Notes: generated from the letters alone by a model not told the origin. A stretch of DNA of 32,000 nt from an uncultured Chloroflexia bacterium (GCA_963718915.1 CAVRAI010000003.1:360001-392000); one strand, 5' to 3'. Shown: positions 7,672 through 16,221, counted from the stretch's first letter. A program made the numbers and translations.

Positions 7672-9162
7672 CTACTCTTGATTTGGCTGCCGTAGCCACT
7701 CTGGCAGGTCATGGTCTTCTATCGGTTCGCCTGGTTCGAGCGACCACGGATTCACATCAGCTGGTGGCGGCGCGTAGCCCGAACCGACAGGAGCGCCGTA
7801 TCCGCTGGCGGGGCCAGGCATCGGTGAGCGTGGCCCGCTCGCCGGCGCTGGCTGCCCCTGCATAGCAGCGTCTTCGGGCATCAACGTTCGCATCCACTCG
7901 GGCACAGCGTTTGCCGCGTTGCCCGCAGAGGATTGTGGGTTGGGATAGGGCGCGGAAGGGCGATCTGAGTATCCCATGGGCATATTAGGGGGATTGGGAG
8001 CGGCTCCGCCGGGAATTGGCATGCTGGCGCTGGCGCCAGGATATCCGCCTCCGGCTCCGGGTGATGGCGGGAGCTGTGCCGCGGATGGGCCACCTGGAGC
8101 ACGCGGCGTGAGCGCCCCGCGCAGCACATCGACGAGCCGGTCCAGCGGGGTATTGCTAGGCGCTGGCCAGATGGGCTGGCGTCCGCTATTGAGCATATAG
8201 ATCGCCTCGGTGACGCGATTCGCTTCCTCCTGGGTGCGCCGCAGGACAAAATCGGCCTGTGCAAGCCGACCCAGGCGGGCGACCAGATTATTCAGGCTGC
8301 TGCCAATCTGCCAGAGCAGACTATTGCGAATGGCGGGCGCGCGCACGTTGAAGTCGCCATTGGCCAGGTGGACGTGCACCGCGAGCAACTGGCGCACTCC
8401 CTCTTCCAGTTCGTGGGTGCGATCCAGTTCGCGGCGTTCCAGTTCGGCCAGCTCTTCGGCGCGGTCGGCGCGTCGGATAGACTGCACGGTGCTGCGCGCC
8501 CAGAGGAATCCGACAACTCCAATGATAAGCTGGAACGCGACCGGGCGGGCAATGAGCGTGAGCAAACCATCCGATGTCTGAAAAAGCGTCTCCATGCTTG
8601 AGACGTGTGGCTGAAGCAGGATATCGGCGACGGTGAATCCTATAGCGGCCACCGTGACGAGGAGCACCGCGGGCGGCGCCAGGAGCGTAGCTGCTATTAC
8701 AATGGAAATTGCGAGCAAATCAAATAGGGGGAGGTAAAGAGTATCCAGTTGTCCGTTGGGCGCGCCAACTATGCTCAACACAATCACCAGGGCCGGAAGC
8801 GCTACCATAATCAGACCGGCGATGTTGACGAAGCCACTGCGGTTCAGGATCATGGCGACGACGACAGCGCCGAGGCCAATGAGCGCGCTGATGAGTGATG
8901 CGGGATCACCCAGACCGATGAAGACGGCCAGGATCATCAGCAAGAGCAAACCGAAGAGCAGCGAGCCGCCCAATCGCCCGCGGCGAGCACGGTCGCGCGT
9001 CGCAAAGTCCGCGCTTGCGGGGGGTTCTGGGGGAACCGACAGCCGGAACCACCAGCCAAATGGACCGCCATAGTAGTTTGATGTGCCTTGCGTCAGCGCT
9101 GTGCTACCCGAGCGATAAGGGGGCCGCTCAGGCTCGAAAGAAGTATTTGGCCGCATGTTCAT
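7672..9162 (-). CDS. Membrane protein with about 5 TM helices, a coiled-coil/HAMP-like segment and a Pro/Gly-rich C-terminal tail
   Basis: 496-aa ORF with GGTGAGGTGA immediately upstream of the start. There is a hydrophobic block (LLFGLLLLMILAVFIGL...), then ELAELERRELDRTHELEEGVRQLLAVHVHLANGDFNVRAP, and a low-complexity P/G/A tail. Confidence 0.8.
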   Translation of the reverse strand: MNMRPNTSFEPERPPYRSGSTALTQGTSNYYGGPFGWWFRLSVPPEPPASADFATRDRARRGRLGGSLLFGLLLLMILAVFIGLGDPASLISALIGLGAVVVAMILNRSGFVNIAGLIMVALPALVIVLSIVGAPNGQLDTLYLPLFDLLAISIVIAATLLAPPAVLLVTVAAIGFTVADILLQPHVSSMETLFQTSDGLLTLIARPVAFQLIIGVVGFLWARSTVQSIRRADRAEELAELERRELDRTHELEEGVRQLLAVHVHLANGDFNVRAPAIRNSLLWQIGSSLNNLVARLGRLAQADFVLRRTQEEANRVTEAIYMLNSGRQPIWPAPSNTPLDRLVDVLRGALTPRAPGGPSAAQLPPSPGAGGGYPGASASMPIPGGAAPNPPNMPMGYSDRPSAPYPNPQSSAGNAANAVPEWMRTLMPEDAAMQGQPAPASGPRSPMPGPASGYGAPVGSGYAPPPADVNPWSLEPGEPIEDHDLPEWLRQPNQE

Positions 9163-9360
9163 TCACCTCACCCTACACCCTGAAGGCGCACATGTGCTTG
9201 CGTGATATCCGCTGCCAACCAGTCCTTGGGGACAAACGACGGATATCTCCACATCCACTCCTGCCACACAACCAGTATCGCCGAACCGTATGAAGTCCTG
9301 TCAGGAATAATAGCATTACTGTTCACTTTCCCGACGGGGTCAGGAAGTGTCAACGTTGCT

Positions 9361-9389
9361 ATGATACGCGGATTCAAGGAATCGGTCAA
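9361..9389 (-). promoter_or_regulatory. Candidate sigma-70-type promoter (TTGACC-17 nt-TATCAT) for the 7672..9162 gene
   Basis: The minus strand reads TTGACC gattccttgaatccgcg TATCAT. This would give a ~200-nt leader. Sequence match only. Confidence 0.3.
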
Positions 9390-9433
9390 TCAACCCGGCT
9401 GTTTCCGTGTGCGCCACTCACCGCCGAGATACC

Positions 9434-9466
9434 GGATACGCTCAGGATACGCTCAGGATACGCTCA
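9434..9466. repeat. Tandem repeat (GGATACGCTCA) x3 overlapping the stop codon of the ThiF-fusion gene
   Basis: Three perfect 11-bp units at 9434-9444, 9445-9455 and 9456-9466. Each carries TGA on the minus strand, so all three frames are closed. Confidence 0.95.
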
Positions 9467-11461
9467 GGACTGGCCCGACTGACCCACAGAAGGAATTGGC
9501 GGGCCATATGGCGGTGAGGCATACCAGCGCGGCGGGATTTGCGCCTCTTGCAGGAACATGGGCTGGGGCAGGTTCGCATTCCTCGCCAACTTTGCCACCT
9601 CGATGATCGCGCTCCGTGTGGATTCTGCCGGGCTGGCCAGCGCGCCATTCAGTTGCAGGCGGAAAGGCGCAATCGCGCGCAGGTCGGCGGTCGCCATGAC
9701 GAATGGCCAGAAATAGCCTTCCGCGTTGGTTGGCGGGATCCAGAAATCGTCTTCGGGCGCCGCCTCCGAGACGACGACCTGCGCCCAGGGGGCATAGAGC
9801 ATCGGAATATTGACCAGCTCCATCAGATTGCGCGCCTCAGGCCCGCTGCTCCCAAGCGCCACGTCGATGCCCAGCCGGGGGTTGGTCAGCACCTCCGTCA
9901 GCGCGTAGCATACCTCGAAGACCGCAATCCCTGTCAGCGGCGTTTTGATGGCCTGATTCCGCATCAAATGGGCTATCTCACGCATGCGCTCGACCGGTAT
10001 CGCTTGAATCGCGGGCAGCGACTCGAAGACGCCCCGGCCAAAGAGTTCGGTCTCGGCGGGGAACACCGCGCGTTCCTGGTCGGCCAGCGCCAGTGGTCGG
10101 CGGCGCTTTACCAGCAATCCGGTTGGCTCGCTATAGAGCGGCCCCCTGGGAGGCACAATTGAGCAACAGGCAAGGATTTGCCCCGAAGCCGTGCCACAGA
10201 GGACGTGAATCGCATTTTCCGCCAGATCAGCCAGCGTGGGGTCGGTGCGATAGCCGTGCTGCGCAATCTTCGAGGTGTCGTAGAGGCCCGCGAGGGCATA
10301 TTGATCGATTCTGAACTCGCCAAATTCGTTGAAGGCGTTCGCCGACAGCATATCGTGACGGATCGCGTAGGACCATAACCCCGACGGACGGTTGCGCAGG
10401 TAGAGGACATCCTTCCCCCTGGCGGCAAGCGCGGTGAGCGCAGGATAGCGCGCGCTCAACTGGCGGCTGCGCAGATAGACAAGAAAGTCGTCATCGGACT
10501 TCTTCGGCGCGGGCATCCGCAGTATTCCGGGGCTGGCGCTGGCTTTGCGTGTCTCAGGCGTCGCGCTCACCGCGGCTGGCGCTGGCAGCGTTGTGGCGGT
10601 ATCGCCTGGTTCTTCATCCGCTGCCGCTTCAACCTGCTCATCACTCGGTGGAGCGCTGGACGCCGCGGCGGATGGTTCGAGCAGGATGCGCAGATCGATG
10701 TGAGAAGCCGCTGGCGTGACCCGAACCGGCTCGTTGGCGGCGAGCGCCGCCGCCGCCCGCACCACCATCGCCGCGGTGAGCGATGCGGCCGGGCCAAGTT
10801 GCGGCTCGCAGGGCCACTGCGCGCCGTTGGTCTGGAAATCCGCCAGTGTCGTGGCGAGGTAGTCTGGCACGCCAACAGGCGACCCTCCGAAGGCGCTCGC
10901 GACGAGCCGCCCAGACACATCGGCGGCGTTATGGGTAGCCGCTGGATCCACACCCAGCATCTCTTCCAGGGGCATAGAATCCGCCGTGAAGACGAACACC
11001 GCGCCACCCCAGCCCAGATTCAGCGGGATGATCATCGGAACACCACGGGCGCGGGCATCGCGTGCCAGCGCGAACAGCGCCGGATTGTCATAGTCGATGG
11101 AGTTGATGACGATATTCGCCCGATCAAGTGAGGCGACATACGAGTCATTCTCGATGAATTCAGGGAGGACGATTACCTCAACATCTGGCCGGATATCGCG
11201 CAGCAGTTCCGCCGTGGCGGCGGCCTTGTTGGCGCCAATCTGGTGGCGAAAGAACGCCTGCCGATTCAGGTTCGATAGCTCGACGCTATCGCCATCCGCC
11301 AGGATGAACGAGCCGAACCCGGTGCGACATGCGAGCGCGACGATAGTACTACTGAGTCCGGCGCCAGCGGCAAACAGACAGGTATGATCGAGTATGTGCT
11401 GGATATCGGGTGTGATGAAGGCCCAGTTGCGTGAAAACAAATCATCGGAATCACTTGTCAT
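9464..11461 (-). CDS. ThiF/MoeB/E1-like adenylyltransferase domain fused, through an Ala/Pro/Glu-rich linker, to an uncharacterised ~360-aa C-terminal domain (possibly a LuxI/FeeM-like acyl-synthase fold)
   Basis: AGGAG lies about 8 nt upstream of the ATG at 11461. The N-terminal motifs are LFAAGAGLSSTIVALACRTGFGSFILADGDSVELSNLNRQ, GANKAAA and INSIDYDNPALF, which match the nucleotide loop, Arg finger and Asp of E1-like enzymes. There are no CxxC zinc pairs. The C-terminal pattern is ...FRIDQYALAGLYD...HVLCGTASGQILACCSIVP...ERMREIAHLMRNQ...GIDVALGSSGPEARNLMELVNIPM. Its family assignment is tentative. Confidence 0.85.
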   Translation of the reverse strand: MTSDSDDLFSRNWAFITPDIQHILDHTCLFAAGAGLSSTIVALACRTGFGSFILADGDSVELSNLNRQAFFRHQIGANKAAATAELLRDIRPDVEVIVLPEFIENDSYVASLDRANIVINSIDYDNPALFALARDARARGVPMIIPLNLGWGGAVFVFTADSMPLEEMLGVDPAATHNAADVSGRLVASAFGGSPVGVPDYLATTLADFQTNGAQWPCEPQLGPAASLTAAMVVRAAAALAANEPVRVTPAASHIDLRILLEPSAAASSAPPSDEQVEAAADEEPGDTATTLPAPAAVSATPETRKASASPGILRMPAPKKSDDDFLVYLRSRQLSARYPALTALAARGKDVLYLRNRPSGLWSYAIRHDMLSANAFNEFGEFRIDQYALAGLYDTSKIAQHGYRTDPTLADLAENAIHVLCGTASGQILACCSIVPPRGPLYSEPTGLLVKRRRPLALADQERAVFPAETELFGRGVFESLPAIQAIPVERMREIAHLMRNQAIKTPLTGIAVFEVCYALTEVLTNPRLGIDVALGSSGPEARNLMELVNIPMLYAPWAQVVVSEAAPEDDFWIPPTNAEGYFWPFVMATADLRAIAPFRLQLNGALASPAESTRSAIIEVAKLARNANLPQPMFLQEAQIPPRWYASPPYGPPIPSVGQSGQS

Positions 11462-11816
11462 GTCGTACTCTCCTGCACAAGACGATACGGGTTATCCTTT
11501 ACCTGCATCTAGTTCCCATGACTAGCGGCTTTCCGTGAGCGCGCCAGAGGTGTAAAGAGGTGTGTGGCTGACATGGATGACATGGATGACAGTCAGCACT
11601 CGCATTCTATGAGCGCATCGGTGAGGTGTCAACTAAAGCAAGAACACAAATATCGACTGGCCACGAAAGATTGAGGCTTGACGAAAGTACTATAGGAGGC
11701 GTAGGCTGATCGTGGCCCAGATGCCATTATGGGGGATGCTTGAGCAGGGACACGCATCAAGAGTCGCTTGTTCTACAGGGATGTCTTTATGCGGGCGCCT
11801 GCAACAAGGAGGAAAA

Positions 11817-12836
11817 ATGACTGCCGAGGTGGTGCGAGCGACTCGACCGAGTGTCAAGCAACAAGTTGGGGATCTGTATGCGAAGTACGGTCAGCGAAAA
11901 CCGATGGGAGTGAGCGCGCCCAGCCCGTGGCTGCCTCACTATTTTCTGCACAGAACGTTTCTTGGCGATCAGGATCTGCTTATTATCTTCAATACCAAAC
12001 GCTGCAAGTACCGTTGTCACTTCTGTCAGCTTCCGGCGAAAAGTTCGCCAACGCTTATTCCGGGCAGTGAGATTGTCTCACAGTTCTCGTATGTGGTGAA
12101 AGAACTGAAACACTCGCTGAGTGTAATAGATCGCCTCACCTTCAGCAACGAAGGGTCTGTGCTCGACGCGGCGACATTTCCTACCGAGGCCATGCTTGAA
12201 ATCGCCGAAGGTATCAACGAGCTACGCCGCGTGCGCACGCTCGTGCTGGAGACGCGCCTCGAGTTTGTCGATACCGATGTGCTGGCACAGATTCGCGAGG
12301 TAGCTCCTCGCATCACCTTCAATATCCTGACCGGCTTCGAGACGCACGATCCCTACATTCGCGACAAAGTGTTATTCAAACGCGAGCCGCTCGATGTCTT
12401 CGAGAGCGGGCTGGATCGGGTGGCTGAGGCAGGCGCGCAACTGACGACCTACGTGCTCTTCAAGCCGCGCTGGGATATGACCGACGAGGAGGCCGTCGCC
12501 GAGGCGGAATCCAGCATTGATTACCTGGTGGAGCAGACGAAGGCGCGCGGGCTTGGCCTCTCGGTGCGACTCAATCCCATGTATGCCGCGGATGGATCGC
12601 GGTGGGCGAAAAAGGCGCACACCTCGTCGGACTACCAGCCACCGCGGCTGACCGATGTGATGCGCGTGGCCGAGAAGAAACGCCGCGAGGGTGTCAATAT
12701 CTACATTGGCATGTCCACCGAGGGTCTCGACGACGGCTCGAACTACATGGGGCGTGAGGACTACTCCATGAAGCTCATCAGGCCGGTTCTGCTCTTCAAC
12801 GGCGGCAAGATCAATTCATTCAACGGCTACATCTAG
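11817..12836 (+). CDS. Radical SAM enzyme (single CX3CX2C cluster, no SPASM/twitch Cys motifs)
   Basis: CKYRCHFC is encoded at 12003-12026. I chose the ATG at 11817, preceded by AAGGAGG-aaaa; the longest ORF starts at GTG 11712. There are no other Cys residues downstream. Core motifs are FSNEGSVLD, VLETRLEFV and GFETHD, and the C-terminal SDYQPPRL reminds me of a TIGR01210/RaSEA-like layout (from memory, low confidence). Confidence 0.85.
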   Translation: MTAEVVRATRPSVKQQVGDLYAKYGQRKPMGVSAPSPWLPHYFLHRTFLGDQDLLIIFNTKRCKYRCHFCQLPAKSSPTLIPGSEIVSQFSYVVKELKHSLSVIDRLTFSNEGSVLDAATFPTEAMLEIAEGINELRRVRTLVLETRLEFVDTDVLAQIREVAPRITFNILTGFETHDPYIRDKVLFKREPLDVFESGLDRVAEAGAQLTTYVLFKPRWDMTDEEAVAEAESSIDYLVEQTKARGLGLSVRLNPMYAADGSRWAKKAHTSSDYQPPRLTDVMRVAEKKRREGVNIYIGMSTEGLDDGSNYMGREDYSMKLIRPVLLFNGGKINSFNGYI

Positions 12837-12848
12837 GTCATCCAGGTC

Positions 12849-13376
12849 ATGGCAAGCGCTAACGGCGACGATACCAACAAGACAACGACGATGATGCAGC
12901 CGACGACGCTGGATGGGCTGCTCGCGGAGGGCGGTGTCCGCTGCTTCGCGGGCGGCCTGGAGGTTGAGGTGCGGCGCGCATGGATCGTCGCGGGCGAGGA
13001 TCGTCTCGCCTACACGGCCATCGTGCGTCTGGTCGAATGTTGCCGCGAGTGGCACTGGCGGTCCGATATCCTCCCGCATGTGGGCGGCGCGCCGCTGGAC
13101 TCGATCACCAAATCCTTCGCGGCGGAGTTTACGCATCCAATAGCCCTTGGGAGCCTGCTGCGCATCACGCATCAGGTGATCGACGCGCGCCCCCGCAGCT
13201 ACCAGCTTCGCTTTGAGCTGACCACGCTACAGCCCGAACAGCTTTGCGCCACGCTGGAGATGGTCAGCGTCTTCTATGACCCCACGCGCGAAGCCGTCGC
13301 CGAGCCATCACCCGCCGTGGTGGCCTACCTCCGCTCCCACATCTCTCCCAATCTGCCAGCCGACGACAACTCGTAG
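12849..13376 (+). CDS. Hotdog-fold (4HBT/thioesterase-like) protein
   Basis: It starts 12 nt after the radical SAM stop, which suggests an operon. The 175-aa protein has the pattern VRRAWIVAGEDRLAYTAIVRLVECCREWHW...LLRITHQVIDARPRSYQLRFELT...ATLEMVSVFYD, consistent with the central helix plus beta-sheet of a hotdog fold. Inference from pattern only. Confidence 0.6.
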   Translation: MASANGDDTNKTTTMMQPTTLDGLLAEGGVRCFAGGLEVEVRRAWIVAGEDRLAYTAIVRLVECCREWHWRSDILPHVGGAPLDSITKSFAAEFTHPIALGSLLRITHQVIDARPRSYQLRFELTTLQPEQLCATLEMVSVFYDPTREAVAEPSPAVVAYLRSHISPNLPADDNS

Positions 13377-13382
13377 CGAGCG

Positions 13383-15743
13383 CTAGGGGGCGGCGACGGC
13401 AAAGACCCTCCCCTGCGCGTCGCTGGCGATGCCATTTATCGGCGGCGCTATAATGCCGTTCACTGGCACGGACCAGAGCATCCCATCTCCGCCCGTCGTC
13501 GGCGCATAGAGCAGCGAAAACTGTGGCGTCGGGCCAAGCGCCTGCCAGCGGCTCGCCCCCGAAGGCAAACGGTAGACATTGTATGTGGTTGCGCCGCTTC
13601 CGGTCGCCGCCATGTTGATCGCCAACAACGCGCCATCGCTGGTGAAGATGGGATAGTGCGGCGTAGCTGTCGCGTCGCCAGTGTCCAGCCCGGTTATATC
13701 GTGCCAGCCCTGGCCGCTATCGTCGCCGCAATACAGCAAATTGCTCGGCGCCGTGGTCGGGCTTGCTGCGAAGTCGGATACACAGATATCCCAGGCATGA
13801 TTTGGCTGTGGCGGCCGCACGATCACAGACGTAAAGCCATACGTTGGCGCTCGCAGGTTGCTCCAGTGCGCCCCGCCATCGCTGGAACGCCAGACCACCG
13901 TGGATGAGGTCGTCGTCACTCCTGCTCCGCTTGCCGAGGGCGGGACATTCGTCGCGAGTAATGCGCCGTTATAGGGGTTCAGCCAGAACTGGTCAACACT
14001 CGTTCTCCCGCCGCGGATAGCGCCGTCAACGATATGCCATGTCGCCATACCGTCTGTGCTGGCCTGCAATTCCGCCGTCGCGGTGGCGCTGAGCGGGTTT
14101 TCGACACGCAGGGCGTAGAATGCGCTGCCCTGTGTCGCGAACTGGTAGACGAGTGAGCCGTCGAGGCCGGATATATGTTGCCAGGAGACGCCGCCATTGC
14201 TGCTCCGATAATACCTGTCTGGCAGGGTAGTCCCGCCCGCAGGTGGATCTTGCGCAATGCCCAGCAGCACATCGCGTGGGTCCACCTCGTCCACCACGAG
14301 CGAACACCAGCCAGTGACTTGCGGCAGCGGGAGCGATGACCATGATGCGCCACCATCGTGCGTCGCCCAGCCCTGTGGTTGCGTGGCAGGCGGATCCGCG
14401 TTCGGCTGCGCGCAGGCGTAGGCGGTGCGGCCATCGCTCGGCGCGACTGCCAGGATGTTGGTGCTCGTCAGTCGTGGCTGGAAACCCGTTGGAGTGGCAA
14501 CCGGTTGCCATGCCAGCGGCGCGCCCTGTTCTACGTTGCCCATGGGTGTCGGCGTCTGCTGAGTCTGCGTGGGCAGCGGCGGCGCTGCTGGCCCAGGATA
14601 GCTGGCGGTGAAGATTTCTCCGCTGGAATGCACATCGAGCGGCAGAGTCGGCATAGACCAGAATATTCCCCCGCCCGGCCGTTGAGCGTAGGTTACGAAT
14701 TCGTTGCCTGGCGTATTTCCCGGCAGTCCACTGCCATTTTGCCAGTGGGAGGAACCTATCGGAAGACGATAGAGACTGGTGTGGGTTGTCGCGCCCTGCG
14801 CATCGAAGCGATCATCAACCGTCGCCAGCACAGCGCCATCGTTGGCGATACCCAGTGGTGTGATCGCCCCATAAGGATAGGCGTTCGACGAATCGCCGCA
14901 GCCCGCGCAGGGCGACGGCGCCGCGTTGCCCTGCCGCAGGATGTCGAGGCCGGACCGCTCGCTCCAACTGCTGGTGTCTGTGCCGCAATAGACATGGCTC
15001 CGAAAATCTGGATGCCGCAGATCGGTGCTGACGCCCGCGACCAGCGTACAGATCGACCAGCCCAGGCCATCGCTAGCTGGGATGGCTGCAACGCTCCCTG
15101 GCGGCGACTCCCCAACCTTGCGCCAGGTGGCGCCGTGGTCGTCTGTCGCCCAAAATAAGAGATCCGATGCTGGGCTTGGGATCGAATGCGCCTCAACCAG
15201 CAAATCGCCGCTCGTAGGGTTGATCCAGAAATAATCGCTGAGCAGCTTCTGGCTATGGATAGGATTATCCAGGACATTCCAGGTCGTTCCGCCATCGGCG
15301 CTCACCTCCAGACTCGTGGTGAACTCGCCAGTCTCGCGCACGGCATAGATTGCCCCATTGTGCATCGCGAATTCCCGCGCGAACTGGAAGGACGAGCCAT
15401 CCTGCCAGCTCACCCCGCTATCGAAGGTGATGAGATAGTCCACCTGCACTGTAGCTGGCTTGGCGTCAGGGATGTAGCCGTACTGGAGTAGCGCCACATC
15501 GGGATTGACCTGGTCGAGCGTGATCTGACACTCGTACGTTTTAACGCTGGTGGGAGCCGACGCCACCTGCCAGGTCGCGCCGCCATCACTTGTGCGCCAG
15601 ACACGGAGCGGGCCGGGCGCGGGCTTCGTCCCCGACTGGCAGAGCCACGCAACCGAGCCATCCGCATGGAAGACACTCAACCTGGCGTTGGCGCCGGGAG
15701 TCTCGCCCACCGCCGCAGGCAGTTTGACCTGCCGCCAATGCAC
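13383..15743 (-). CDS. Asp-box (BNR) repeat beta-propeller ectodomain, ~780 aa. Probably the frameshifted C-terminal part of the upstream anti-sigma factor; it has no start or signal peptide of its own
   Basis: About 9 Asp-box motifs: TSDGGATWQ, FDSGVSWQ, SADGGTTWN, TDDHGATWR, THDGGASWS, SSNGGVSWQ, STDGMATWH, SSDGGAHWS and GDDSGQGWH. The credible sequence starts around ...QPFQVHWRQVKLPAAVGE. The 917-aa track ORF extends to 16136 only as Arg-rich out-of-frame overlap. 15743 is the first in-frame GTG. Confidence 0.7.
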   Translation of the reverse strand: MHWRQVKLPAAVGETPGANARLSVFHADGSVAWLCQSGTKPAPGPLRVWRTSDGGATWQVASAPTSVKTYECQITLDQVNPDVALLQYGYIPDAKPATVQVDYLITFDSGVSWQDGSSFQFAREFAMHNGAIYAVRETGEFTTSLEVSADGGTTWNVLDNPIHSQKLLSDYFWINPTSGDLLVEAHSIPSPASDLLFWATDDHGATWRKVGESPPGSVAAIPASDGLGWSICTLVAGVSTDLRHPDFRSHVYCGTDTSSWSERSGLDILRQGNAAPSPCAGCGDSSNAYPYGAITPLGIANDGAVLATVDDRFDAQGATTHTSLYRLPIGSSHWQNGSGLPGNTPGNEFVTYAQRPGGGIFWSMPTLPLDVHSSGEIFTASYPGPAAPPLPTQTQQTPTPMGNVEQGAPLAWQPVATPTGFQPRLTSTNILAVAPSDGRTAYACAQPNADPPATQPQGWATHDGGASWSSLPLPQVTGWCSLVVDEVDPRDVLLGIAQDPPAGGTTLPDRYYRSSNGGVSWQHISGLDGSLVYQFATQGSAFYALRVENPLSATATAELQASTDGMATWHIVDGAIRGGRTSVDQFWLNPYNGALLATNVPPSASGAGVTTTSSTVVWRSSDGGAHWSNLRAPTYGFTSVIVRPPQPNHAWDICVSDFAASPTTAPSNLLYCGDDSGQGWHDITGLDTGDATATPHYPIFTSDGALLAINMAATGSGATTYNVYRLPSGASRWQALGPTPQFSLLYAPTTGGDGMLWSVPVNGIIAPPINGIASDAQGRVFAVAAP

Positions 15744-16221
15744 CTGAAATGGCTGCGAGGCGGTTCTGCGCGCCAGACTGGAAGAGCCGCGCAAAGCCGA
15801 CCACCACCAGCGCGATGGCAGCCACAGCGGCCAGCGTCCCCAGCGCGCGCCTGCGCCAGCTCCGTGGCGGAGTGAGTGATGGAGGAATCGGGTTCCTCTC
15901 GCCGGACTCGTCGGGTACGAGATGTTCGCCGGTGATCGAGTCGGCGCTCGTCGTCTGCCGTTCGGCGGCGAGGGCCGCGAGCACCCCCTGCCAGAGCCGC
16001 TCGTCGGGGGAGGGAACCTGCTGCGCCTGGAGCGTCGCCGCGACCATCGCGAATCCCCGCAGCCGCTGCTGACAGGCCGGGCAGCTCTCGCTATGCGCGC
16101 CGATGCGGGCCGTCTCATCCGGCGCGAGCGCCTCATCGCGCCAGGCGGAGAGGTCGGCGGAGGTCAGGCCAAGCGCGCAGGTGGGTGTCGTCTGTTGGCT
16201 CATATCGCTCGTCTGGCTCAT
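15586..16221 (-). CDS. Zinc-binding (ZAS, HxxxCxxC) anti-sigma factor N-terminal domain plus a single TM helix; the reading frame degenerates after the TM helix
   Basis: The ATG at 16221 overlaps the sigma-factor stop (ATGA). The zinc motif is GAHSESCPACQQRL and the TM helix is LGTLAAVAAIALVVVGFARLF. After ~15770 this frame reads nonsense-like sequence (GGGRDSRRQRQVECLPCGW...), while the +1 frame carries the propeller. Confidence 0.75.
   Translation of the reverse strand: MSQTSDMSQQTTPTCALGLTSADLSAWRDEALAPDETARIGAHSESCPACQQRLRGFAMVAATLQAQQVPSPDERLWQGVLAALAAERQTTSADSITGEHLVPDESGERNPIPPSLTPPRSWRRRALGTLAAVAAIALVVVGFARLFQSGAQNRLAAISGALAAGQTACGGGRDSRRQRQVECLPCGWLGCVALPVGDEARARPAPCLAHK

Noticed and set aside
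9539-11131. Plus-strand ORFs (9539..10162, 10700..11131, 11097..11387) antisense to the ThiF-fusion gene
   Set aside because: They are Arg-rich shadow ORFs with no motifs. The minus-strand frame carries the E1-like motifs throughout.
11712-11816. N-terminal extension of the radical SAM ORF from GTG 11712
   Set aside because: The strong AAGGAGG sits immediately before the ATG at 11817, and the extension (MAQMPLWGMLEQGHASRVACSTGMSLCGRLQQGGK) looks non-conserved. The spacing of the upstream GGAGG to GTG 11712 is too long (12 nt). The true start remains unverified.
15744-16136. N-terminal 130 aa of the 917-aa track ORF (MRRSRRMRRPASARIARAARP...)
   Set aside because: This is Arg-rich nonsense that overlaps, out of frame, the clearly genuine anti-sigma domain (HxxxCxxC motif and TM helix). 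The real propeller sequence begins only near 15780.
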